DNA of 64,000 nt, taken from Balanoglossus misakiensis (taxonomy: Eukaryota > Animalia > Hemichordata). Position 1 is the stretch's first letter. The number at the start of each line of letters is the position of its first letter. This document shows positions 12,848-26,087 of the stretch, piece by piece. The translations under genes were made by a program, and so were the position numbers. The stretch lies in contig CM082598.2 of NCBI GenBank assembly GCA_040954595.2, forward strand, positions 4,086,607-4,150,606. Reading direction: 5' to 3'. The notes below the pieces were generated by a model. It ran no database searches. It was not told the DNA's origin and was given only the letters and a program-made list of their open reading frames with translations.

Positions 12848-15800
12848 ATGGATTTCGCGTCGTCGCATGTTTTGAATTACGATCAGTCGGATGAAGAGTC
12901 CGTCGAGGAAGAGGAACTCGATCAGGACCTGAGGTACGTACTTTGTACTATTGGGAACCGTTCTGCGACGAGTGGTACACATATCATGTACATCGTCGAC
13001 AGACCCCCCCCCCCCCCCATCGCGTCTCTGATACGTACAGGTGACCTAAACTGACAGCTGAGTCACTCCAAAACATGGGCACACCCAGGGTGAAGTGTGA
13101 ACTTTATCTGGCATCCGTTAATGCACTTGGCAGAGACATCTGCAACTTATCAAACATTAACCTGCCTGGTCTGAAATGGCCGCGTACAAGATGACCTTAA
13201 ATGACCTTGGGGAGAGGTCACTGGGTAAATTATTTCGAGAAATGGGAAGAGACAACAGGTGTTTGTAACCCTTTAATACATTTACATGTATATTCCAAGA
13301 AATAAAACGAAATTCATTGAAATGTCCTTAAGAATTAAAACATATATTAACTTTAAATGTTTATAAAAATTGTTAGATGTTTTGGAAATGAGAAAAGTAA
13401 AAGAGAAAATAGCCTTGCTAAGGGGTATGAGATTTAAAGGGGATGTGAGATTTAACAACTTTCTTTTGTATTTTCAGGGCCGGGAGTTACATGGATCTGA
13501 GAGGCCCAAGATTTGCCCAGTCTGATGGTGAGACATTGGTTATCACATGCTTTGATAGTGTACACTAAGTTGTTGACAAGCATTTTCACTTCCCCATTGT
13601 ACCTCTAGTCTAGATACTTCCTTGGAAGTATTTTCAGGTTAAAACTCTGCAAAAGATGTGGTTTCAATGGAGTACTTGTATATTAGCATGCTGTAAGATT
13701 TACATGTAGCACAAACACAACAAAAATACTGGAAAAAGTCAAAAGTTACAGTAACTGACCTATATATTACTCAGGTAAATGCTCCATTGAAATGTTGGAA
13801 ACTTGCCTCCGGGTATGTCTAAGTGTTCAATCAAGTTACAGTGGTTATCTGCCCATTCACCTAAACATGTGCTAAAACTTTTTTCAGTGACCTATGACCT
13901 TACTCTGGGGGAGACTGATGCTTCCATGCCCTCGGCGGGACCCCCTCCCCCACCTGTGATGGGGGGAATTATACCACCTGGTGCCAGCAGCGAATCAGCG
14001 ACGTATGATAATGCTGTTGACATGCAAGCAAGAGGAAGAGGTATGCAAATTTGCCATTTTTTTGTTGAATTCGTTGTTGCGTTTCAGTGGTCGAAGTTTG
14101 GTCTTTGTCATGCTTGGCCCGTTTACTTGTTCTGTCAGGCATGTTGTCATTTGCACAAAAGAGTAACAAATCATACTCCAGTAAGGTCACCCAATGTTAC
14201 TGTTGCATGTAATAGGAGTGTAACCCCCTGGATATTTACCACCAGGTCTAGGGTTTGGGATATTGGAAGAAGTGGGTGAGTGTCCGGGGGTGTCACTCTC
14301 AGGACCAACAGTTTTGTTTACTGCTGAGAGATATTTCTATTGTGTATTAGTTGGGTATCAGGGGGGTTACCCCCTGGGTATGTACCAGGTTTCAAGTGAT
14401 TATTCTTTGACTAGTTCAAAGAAAATGAAATTATATCAGCAACTAACTAGAATTTCTATTGTTTTCACTGTGTGTAGGTGCTGCAGTATACGACAACATG
14501 ACACCATTGCCAAAGAACACAGCGCCTCCAAAACCGCCGCGGAGAAAGAAGAAGAAAAAAGGGAGAAAGGGCTCAGAAGAAGAAGAAGACGCGGGATATG
14601 CAAATCCGTATGATGTGCCTAAACCTGAAAATGAGTACGCATCCATTGGAGGTGAGGATGCTTGTGGTTCTCTAAGGGTTAAAGACTGTTATTATTGTTA
14701 ACATTTATTTCAGGCTTTACATCCATATAGCATTAAATAATAACAAAATAATACTGAGATGATTACAGAAAAAATATAGATATTAAAGTGATAAAAAGTA
14801 ACACATTACTGAAAAAAATTAAAGTTGTGTCAGTTATACAAGGGTGTCTTGTTGTCTGTTACAGAGGGTTCAACGCGGCCAATGGAGGTGCCACCACTCC
14901 CCCCGAGACCACCACCCCCAGGGGGCAGTGGTGGGGGAGGGGGTGGGGGTGGTGCTCGCGGCGGTGGTGGCAAGAAACACAAGTACAGACGAGCGGACAC
15001 CAACATCATCTCCGTGAAGTTTGATTCCTTGGTGAAGCCCAGTCACATGCACACGGGCGACGTCATGAAATGCGAGGGCTGTAACGCGGTGTTGTCGAGT
15101 CTCAGTAAACTGACACCTTCGGGCGATGGCGGAAAGGTTGGTGTTTATATCGCAGAGCGCCCTCTACCTAGCCCGGAGACCAGGGCGTCGATTCTAGAAT
15201 TCCAACGCCCGGTGACAGTCTAGCAATGTCCTGCTGAGCTGAAAGATAGTAGCCCTGGCAACGATCAGGGTCGCTTAGTAACGAATAGATAACGAGTGAT
15301 CTATCAAATGTTGACGGGCCCCAGTGGTTGGATGATATAATTAACAAAGCTTGGTTATGAATATTCATACACTTCAGTTTGTGAAAGGTTTTGTGTTCAT
15401 TCAACATCATAGTTAGCATGATAAACAAACTTGTGTGAAAGTGTGAAATTTGGAAATCTGATTTTTCAATACAGTCAAACCTGTCTATAGCAGCCAGTCA
15501 AGGGCTGACCTTTATAACCAGGTGGCCTTTATATACAGGTCAATTAATGTACATGTAAATTGCACATAGATTCTAACAAAGTGCCCACTATAGACAAATT
15601 TTCACTATGTAGAGGTGGCCACTAACGCAATAGTTTGACTGAATAATATTTTGTTTATCAAATTTCTCTTTGTAGATCTGGAGATGTGAATTTTGTGACC
15701 ATGTTAACAGAGCCGATTTGGATGACGAGGAAATCCCCAAAACACATGATGTCACATACATGTTGAAGCCGTCCCCGGCAACAGTCGATCCGACGGGACA

Positions 15801-18800
15801 TTTTGGCGATGACTCTAACATCATATTCTGTGTTGATGTGTCGGGAAGCATGTGTGTAACGACTGAGGTAGGTCTACTGTGATTTTACAACCTCTGTTCG
15901 TAGTCCAGCATCATGTTGCTCAGGCATGTTATTATTTTAACCCTTTCGCCACCATGGTTTAGTCCAAATCCATTGTATTCTTTGGTAATGTTGGACCTCT
16001 ATTGAGAAATATGGGGGTGAAAGGGTTAAACATGAAACAGAAATATAGTAACACTGTCTCCTCAGAATTTGGTTAAGGCTAGAATGTTTTGTGAGAGGTT
16101 GAACGGGCCTGGGCTGGGCGTATACTCAAGAATTAATGACTGTATATTTAGCGTGTTTTGCAATACGATCCAACATGGCTCCCATGTGGTCTGGATGAGT
16201 AGTTAACCATACTGGACTACAAATTTCAGGTTCCCGGAACTTTTCCACTGAGGGCCAACGATTCTACCCGGGCATTGAATCTTTACAACTCAGCCCCTGA
16301 TGTTGAGCAATACATGCCGTTTCGACAGAAGAATGTCTCGTATGTGTCAAGACTTCAGGTATGTCACTTGATCTTGTGATACGACGGAACTGTCATGTGT
16401 TGTATCTGCATGCACTTATCCTTTGTGAGACATTTAATTGTTCTTGAGGGCATTTGTGAATTTCCAGAAAAGTTTTTTTTTTCAAACACAGCTTTGGAAG
16501 AACTTTTACTTTGCTTGGCTAAGCTAGAGAGCCATGTATGTTTACCTTTTTATGTTGTAGGGACCATTTCAATATGTGATTATTATATGAAAATTGGCAA
16601 CTTGTAACTATAAGTATAAATGGAATGTGTTGATGTATCTTACAGGCCATGCAGAGTGCAGTAGATCACAATCTTAGTAAACTTCTCAAGGACTGTCCAA
16701 CCAAAAGAGTTGGTTTGGTCACATTCAATAATGAGGTAAGTCAATGTCTATATATATCTATAGAATTTGTATGAAAGTTTATACAATTTTTTGTGGATGT
16801 CTATAGATTTATTATTCATTTTTCGACACACAGGTAACTGTGATCAGTGATGGTGTTGATGACCCAGTAGTCATTGCAGGGGACAGACTTTATGATAAAG
16901 AAGGTCTTACAAGTCTTGGAAGTCAAATTCCTGTGCCAAGATTTATCCGCGAGACGAGAAGTATTCTTGGCAACAAAGTCTTCAAGTAAGGGTCTATAAG
17001 AATACGATCACCTTATTTGTGAAACAGAAAATGTTATCACGAACACATTGTTTGGACTTGATGTTTTGTCGAATTGGTTGAGTCAAGTTTTTTTGTAGTG
17101 AAGGATTTTGGTTAGTCAAATCGGCTTTCTGTTGTCTTAAATCTGTAATTTTTTGCACCATAGTCTTGAAGAAGGGGGACAAACAGCTCTGGGACCAGCG
17201 GTCATCGTGTCAGTGGCACTGGCGTCTCAGAAACCAGGGTCGAAGGTCATCGTCTGCACGGATGGAAAAGCCAATGTAGGGTTAGGGGCTTTGGACAATG
17301 AAGACAATGATTTGGCATATGACTATGCAGCCGCTTTCTTTGATAACCTAGGAGACTATGCAAGGGATCATGGGTAAGAAGAACAAATTCCACAGTTTAT
17401 AAATCTGCATAATTTCAACTTCGTGCGAAAATCACTGCATAGTACACACAGCGTAGCTCACAGTTAATTTTCTCTGACCAGATGTATAAATACTCTCTGT
17501 TGTCCTTTGCAGGGTATCAGTGTCAGTGTTAACATTGGAAGGCACAGACTGCCGAGTTGTGGAGTTGGGAAATGTGGCAGATAAAACAGGGGGACAGGTA
17601 AGCGAATGTAGTCATGGCAACACTGAGTCAAACTGGTTCAAACCAGTTTTGTCAAGTCATAACAGGTTTCAACATCACTTATAGTATGCTCCTAAATTCT
17701 TTCTTTCATAAAGGGGCAATTCTCATTCTATTTCTTGGTTTAGTTCTTGTTGATGTTGAATCTTTACGTGATGCAAGCCTTTGTTTTCCAATTAAGATCA
17801 TTATCAAGTTAATAAATGTGTGCCGTTATTAAACTCCGCCTTCATTCTCAGGTAAACATAGTAGACCCACTGAAACTCAAGGACCAGTTTGGTGAGATTC
17901 TGGCTGACCCAGTCATAGCCACAAATGTGACCGCAAAGCTACGGTTACACAGGGGACTGTAAGTACATCAACATTGACGATCAAAATTTTAAAAAGTGTG
18001 TAGTCTTGCTTATTGATATGACAGTATTCTCAACAGGTTAAATAGTTTTATGCTACCTAGGTTAGTGATAAAAATCCCATATGGTGAACAGGTATGTTAC
18101 CTTCTCTGTTTATTTCAGGTATTTCCGAAATGAAGAAAATGCAGATGAAAATTTCGCCACAAGGACTGTTGGTAATGTGACTGCCGATACAGAAGTGACA
18201 TTTGAATTTGGTGTGAGGAAGAAGGCAGATTTACAGAGAAAACAACAGAATGGTAAATACACTGTTGTAAAAGTTAAAGATGTGAAAAACAAAAGTTGTG
18301 GGATTATGAAAGTATAGAGGGCACTGTTTCTATAGTTGGCTGGATAGGTATACTTCCCAGGCAGGAAACCTCTAAATTAAGATTACAGTAAGATGAGGTA
18401 TTTACTGGTAGTTTTCAATAAATGTATAATATTTCTATCGCTTTTCTTGGTAGTTCTGTACGACAACAGAGGAGGTATGGAGGTGGCTGGTGGGTCTGCA
18501 ACAGGTACGCATATTTGTAGACAACAGTGAGGAATGCATTTTCTGTCTTTTGATTTTATACGTTTTTCATAAAAAACACCGTACGATTACACAAACTTTT
18601 CTTCTTTTATAACAGATGATCCAGTTTACGACATCCCATTGCATAGTGTGGCAGAGGCACAGCAGAGCGCGTTGGAGGGAATTGATCGACTGCCGTTCCA
18701 ACTAGAAATCCAGTACACAAGCCGAGATAGCGCAGAATGTCTGAGAGTCATCACGCAAGACAGACCTGTCACCAACGACCGAGAACTGGCTGAGGAAAGT

Positions 18801-20621
18801 ATGTTGTGTCTTTCTCATTGAACTCTGTGTTTTTTGTGTTCTTTTAGCCTTTCACCCCTATTTTTCTGTATAGAGGTCCAACTTTATGATAGAAAACAAT
18901 AGATTTAGACCAAACCATGGTGGTGAAAGGGTTAAAGAGTAATGATCGTTTAATGGTTACAAAAATTGTATACAGTCAATGCCATAAGGCAGTGTGCTGT
19001 CCTAACAACAGACAAAATGGCGGCAACAATAGTCTGTGTCAGAGATCGGGAAAAGACAACGTGTTCAATTCAATAGGATGCCATTATATGATCACCCAGG
19101 CGCTTACAATATTCCAACCAATTTTATTGACAGATTTGAATGCACCAGTGTACAGTGCCCATGTTGCCAAGACAACAGCTCACCTAGCAGTGGAAGGGGA
19201 GTTTACGCAAGCCAAGCTCAACGCAGTCACTCATAAAAAACTGATCCAGAGAAATGCGTAAGTGGACTTGGCTACACCATAACAGCAGTCTGAACTGCAT
19301 CCAGTTATAAGCGGGACTAGAAATGAAATGAAAAAAATATGTTTGTGATTCAGTAACTCTCATTTGGAGAGTGCAGTGCCTCAGATTTGCTATTGAGTGC
19401 TACTTGTGGTTTGTGTCAATCTGATTAAAATCTGTGAGATTTGTTTTCGCTTTCAGTTCTCTTCCAGATTAACATTATTTTACGTCTGTCTTTCATTTCT
19501 GACCTGCAGTGTACAAAAGAGGGAACGACATAACTATGATGCCTTTGTATTTAACATCGCACCGATGGCCCTTGGCATCACCACTGCACAAACCGTAAGT
19601 CAAAATTATCTTTGTTAATGGTCAATAGTAAGAAAAGCAGCGAACCCTTCCATCACAATAGTTTGGCCCAAATCCATTGTTTTCTATTGTAAAGTTTTCT
19701 CTAAAGAGGGGTACGGGGGTGAAAGGGTTAAACAAAGACTCCTAAGTGTTAGCCATTAGTCAGTATTGGTTGTGCATTACATGTCTGTTATATCTGTGGT
19801 CTGATGTAGCCTAGCTATGCTGTTGTTTGTCAGTGTATTTGCTAATTAGATGTAGCAATGAGGTGGTAAATCTGCTAACCCGGGCTGGTCTTGGGTTAGC
19901 CCAGTTGGAAGCATACTTCTGATCTGTACTGTACATGTCTCTAATTGTACCACCAGACTGAACGGTGTATGTACGGTCAAGATCTCAGCGAAGGAGAAGA
20001 TGAGGTCGATGATATGCTGACCACACTTCCCGGGTCACCACCAGCTGCTGCTACTGCCGGCAAATTCGCGAAGAAAGAAAAAAGGAAATTGTTTTCAAAG
20101 AAGGTAACTGTTTGTATGGAGGCTGGTTAAATCGGTGCGGCACCGTTTTAATACGTAGCGTGTTTAAACTACAACATGCAATCGGGTATCGATAAGGTGT
20201 TCATGTGCAGTCAAACCTGTCTACAGTGGCCAGTCAAGGGACTTTCCTAAACTGGCCTTTATAGAGAGGTGACCTTTATATAGAGGTTAATTAACACGCA
20301 TGTGAATTGCACAGGGACTGTAACATAGTGGCCACCATATAGCGGTGACCACTATATATGGGTGGCCACTAACATAACAGGGGTTTGACTGTATACCTAT
20401 CAGTAAGCTTATTTAGATGGACTAATTTAAGTTGGAAAACCAAGCCATGAAAATAATGCAAAAAGTGGCAGCTCTAGAGGCTTTAAAAGCAATTTACATA
20501 TTGCGTTTGTTTATGTTTACAGGCTCTTTCAAGACGCAAAGCTTGCTCTGATGAACAGGCGCATCTCATGTACAAGATGAAGAGTGCCAACAGTAAGATG
20601 TTCTCATCAACCGATCCTTGA
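12848..20621 (+). CDS. Circularly permutated Ras protein 1-like (Sec23/24-type Zn finger + vWA); no Ras domain
   Basis: Start MDFASSHV at 12848; Zn finger CEGC...WRCEFC; vWA IIFCVDVSGSM, RVGLVTFNNEV, EEGGQTALGPA, KVIVCTDGKANVGLG; DPVIATNV..KLRLHRGL. About 19 in-phase GT-AG exons end at TGA 20619-20621. Confidence 0.82.
15470..15643. mobile_element. Tc1/pogo-type MITE (family C)
   Basis: TA-CAGTCAAAC ... GTTTGACTG; internal ggcca(c/g) repeats shared with copies at 20208 and 38890. Confidence 0.75.
15937..16029. mobile_element. Family A MITE
   Basis: TTAA TSDs and CCCTTTC(G/A)CC TIRs. Confidence 0.8.
18844..18935. mobile_element. Family A MITE
   Basis: Core agaggtccaacttt..gaaaacaat..aaaccatggtggtgaaagggttaa. 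Confidence 0.75.
19641..19731. mobile_element. Family A MITE (degenerate left end)
   Basis: Ends ggggtgaaagggttaa; reverse-oriented core. Confidence 0.7.
20208..20391. mobile_element. Family C MITE nested in an older dispersed repeat
   Basis: CAGTCAAACC...GGTTTGACTG. The host repeat (~20107-20486) matches an uninterrupted copy at ~36786-36986. Confidence 0.8.
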
Positions 20622-21651
20622 CATGATGGAGCCTTCAGAGGGTACGTGCTGTTTTGCCAAATGGATTTGATGACATTTTATTTTCAAAAGGGGGAGGGGG
20701 GGTGAACAAAGCATTCAACAGCATGCCAATTGAATTAATAATGGCCTTCACCGCTCTTCAAAGTATTTGTTGCTGATGTTTGTATTATTTCTTTTTAAAT
20801 TATATAATCAGGGCATTTTATACTCAATGTATATCAGGTCAATAATAGACGTGAATATACCGGTACAATTTGACAAAGTCTTTTTTTGTTACCATGTTAA
20901 TATCGTATACAGAAGATGTATATTTTGTGGAAGCAATCATAATTTTATCTTTATAAAGGGCGAGGTATGATTTAAAAATGAACTAAGTTCATGTAAAACT
21001 TATCTAAGTTCATTTAAGTTCATCCTGAGGCCATAGCATCCTTTTGATGGCAAATTTATCAAACATAATAGTAAACAACATATACCAGTTGTAAACACTG
21101 AAATTAGCAGTGTGTAGATGTTTTCCATGGCTGTAGCATTATCAAGAAAGTTTCGGATATTATATTATTACTTAGGGTGCTGGTCACCATAATAAAACAT
21201 AATTTCATATGCATATGCTGTGTTAACTCAGCTGTATTTGTTATGGATATTTTAAACGGCAAAAATGTTTACAGTGGCTCCCAACTACTGAATAGATTTA
21301 CCTATTTGCAAACCCTTTCACCCCCAGTGCTGGGGTCCAATTTTACCATAGAAAACAATGGATTTGGGTCAAACCATTATGCATTAGGAATCCACAACAA
21401 CTTCAGACATGAGGGCTATTCATGGAATCTGACAAAACTCCAGAAAAAAACATTCCTGTTTGGATCGAATGTTTCACTGAGCGAAAAACTGTCACAACAG
21501 AGCAAGCCAGCATCCAGGCATTCACACAGTCAAACACATGTCAGCTCTGTTGGACAGGAGCAACTGGTTCAAAAATTCACTTCCGTCGAACTCGTGGCAT
21601 TTCCAAGGATGATTTCTGACATCCTCATCTCAGTTCCATCAGCAGCAACTG

Positions 21652-23195
<1,544 letters not shown>

Positions 23196-24792
23196 TCTGT
23201 TGGAAGTTTTCCCAGAGCACTGGAGTCAAGGTTGATTGTTGTAGCGTCCGGCATGAGAGCTGCAAGTATAAATCAAGAATCAAAGTTGAAAAAAAAAGTT
23301 CTGACATAGGAATTATGAAAACAGTGCTGTGTCCTCGTATTATCTTAAGATGGAAGAAACATGTGACTTTATATAAGACAGAGCTCTCCACACCCGCTCC
23401 AGCTGTGAAACATGTAACAAATGTTCAACGCCTGGTGATATTTGCTGTCCGCTGAGAGAGCTCACTTTACACCCTGCGTTTGACCTCTGTTGAGTGGAGG
23501 TCAAGAGAACTTTACTTGTGAATGGGACTGGAGTGGGAAGTAGCAAGACTTTGTAAAGTAGAGATCAGGTTTAAATATCATTTGTCTTTGTAAATATCAT
23601 TTGTCTTTGAACGGGATTGGAAAATAAACAAAGAGATTTGTGGAAAGGATGGTTATTTTTTTGTCCGGTCAGATTTTTACTCTTCTTTGTCCCTATTATA
23701 TTTGACCGATTTACTTTGATTTCTCAACTTCTGTTGAATAACACACGGACAATTCTGACTGCTTTAAAGTGTCCTCATAATTAACCACAAATATTTCGGT
23801 GGTATAAATGAATGAACTAAATTCTTTTCTTCAAACAGCAGTTGAAGCGACGGTTTTATGTTTATGGGGCCTGCAACAGACGTCGCGCAAGTGTTTGAGT
23901 GCCTACATACTTAAAGGGGCATACCATCCTTAAAGGGGCTTATGTTATCCACAACTGATCTACTAAATATTTCCATGACAGACAAAGAGGTTATTGTTTA
24001 GATCTATAGAAATGCCCACGTCAAAAAGTGTGAACCTTATATATAATTGTGTCAACTGCAAGCAGATTTAGGTCCCCCTGCTGTTGCAATTACTCCGCAC
24101 ACATCTTGTAACCATCAAGAATGTATCACTCGACACATGGCATATTTGTTTGTCTGCTACACACACAAGTCAGGTTGAGTTCATCCCTTGAACATATGTT
24201 CCTATAATGTTATACTTCGTTCGTCCCTGGCCAGGCAGAATTCCCTCATCTCTGATACATTCTATGACGTTTAGGTATCTGTTTCATGGTTTGCGTTGCA
24301 CATTTCCCAGTAACACATCATTAACTACCAGTAACACTGTAAAACATGTACTTCCATAAAATTATTTAACTTAAAGTACTCCCATAAACTTTAAAAAAAA
24401 AAATCAAGAATGTAGTTTAACAAATTTAAATTTGATTTGCAGAAAGCACAGAAAATGATAATAAATCCACTTAAAAGCGACACATAACAGTTAAGACATT
24501 TCACAAAAGTTACAGTAAATGCTGTTAAAATATGAAAGAAATCAGAACTAGTCTTACCGTCTGTCTGTTATCTTGCAATGTGTGACTTTTCCGGAGTTAC
24601 TGCGCAAGTGTGAAACGCAAGAGCTATTAATTTCACACGTCATGATAGACAAGGCCAGACTGCTACGAGGTAGGGGAGCTTTGTCCATATATTCTTTCTC
24701 TGACAGGGTCCCGCGCAAGTCTAGATGTTCGTATTCAATATAGTGGATACAGCGTTGTTGTAATCATTACCCTTCTGCAGGCTCAGTTACTG

Positions 24793-24806
24793 GTTTCCAA
24801 GGCAAC
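24793..24806. promoter_or_regulatory. X-box-like motif upstream of the Ly6 5' exon
   Basis: GTTTCCAAGGCAAC. Confidence 0.45.
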
Positions 24807-25196
24807 TGCGATTTGTGCGTAAGAGTAAATCTGGGCTGAACTTATGGGATGGGGACAGGAATCTTAATAAGTAGCAATGATCCAGTAGCTTTTTAATTAA
24901 AAGAAACAATAGTTATTTAATTACTGTATTTTTTTTCCTTCGCATGGATAGTGATCACATGATACTGTTTTCTTTCGTCGGGGTCATCGGACTCTGCAGC
25001 GCGGAGGCCACTTAAATGGACTGGAAACAGAATTACTTGACCTCAATCCAGATTGTTGTTCATCTGTCAACCATTTTAAGTGCATGGTGATGAAGAATTT
25101 TCCTCCAAGGTAACACACCCATTCGAACAAGACGTAAACACGTCAGGCTTAATTATGAACAGAAAGTCAAATTATGGTTGGGAATACACGTTGCTT

Positions 25197-25281
25197 TAGC
25201 CTGGTCACCATACCCAGTGTGTTTCAGATAGACCTTGTGTGTGAGTCTATCTAAAACACACTGGGTATGGAGACCAGGCTA
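25197..25281. mobile_element. Short palindromic MITE (family H)
   Basis: TAGCCTGGTC..CATACCCAGTGTGTTT ... AAACACACTGGGTATG..GACCAGGCTA; second copy at 62427-62496. Confidence 0.75.
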
Positions 25282-26087
25282 ACGCTGCACAGTACTGAAG
25301 GGTAGATTACTATTTTCATGGTATATATATTTTTTTTTGCAATACAGCTTATTTTATGGATTCATATATATACCAGACTATATTCATAGATGATAAAGGG
25401 GATATTATGTACATGTCGATATTTTCACAGCGTCATTTGGCAAATACGCTCAAACAACTAAATTTGAGTGACAGGCTTGCAAGAGGGCGCTCACATACCA
25501 TACACTTTGTGAGACGGGTATGATGACATTGGTCATCTATGGTTTGTTGAAAAGTGTCAGACTTTCATGATTATCGTACTGCCAGAAATATGAAAGAATT
25601 CAAGGCGTCTTGAGGATATGTGAGTATCCCCAATTTGTAGCTGTTGGTGTAATAATTGTAGCCTTGGTGACATGGGCTGGGTCTATGCCACTGTGACTCC
25701 ATGTTTTAATGTGTACATTCTCAAAGCTGGAGAAAAACATGGCCAAGTGAGAAGAGTTAAACACACCAAGGATGGCTAGCCATCCTTGGTTGCCGGAAAG
25801 CAGTTTAAGTCTCTTGGGGAAACAGTCATGACCACAAATGATAGTCACGACCACGAATGACATATAAAATACAATTCTTCATCTGTTAATTTGAAGTCTT
25901 TTTAATTGTTATTTTACAGTAAAATTCGATTGGTTAATTATACTAAAAGGAGTTGTATTATAAAGGTTCAGCTTGATCATCACAAGTAGTGTGTGAAGAC
26001 TGAGTCTTAAGGGACCATATTGTTGAATTGGTGTACCCAGTGGCAAATAGTTCCCTGAGGTCTGCAGTATCAGTGAATGATTGCACC

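Noticed and set aside
21590-21640. SECIS-like ATGA..AAA..hairpin in the Ly6 3' UTR (minus strand)
   Set aside because: The helix is too short for a SECIS and the gene has no in-frame TGA.
24558-24688. ATG-initiated reading frame MDKAPLPRSS... as the Ly6 N-terminus
   Set aside because: Not a signal peptide; the exon at 23195-23144 supplies a proper one, so this is more likely 5' UTR or a uORF.
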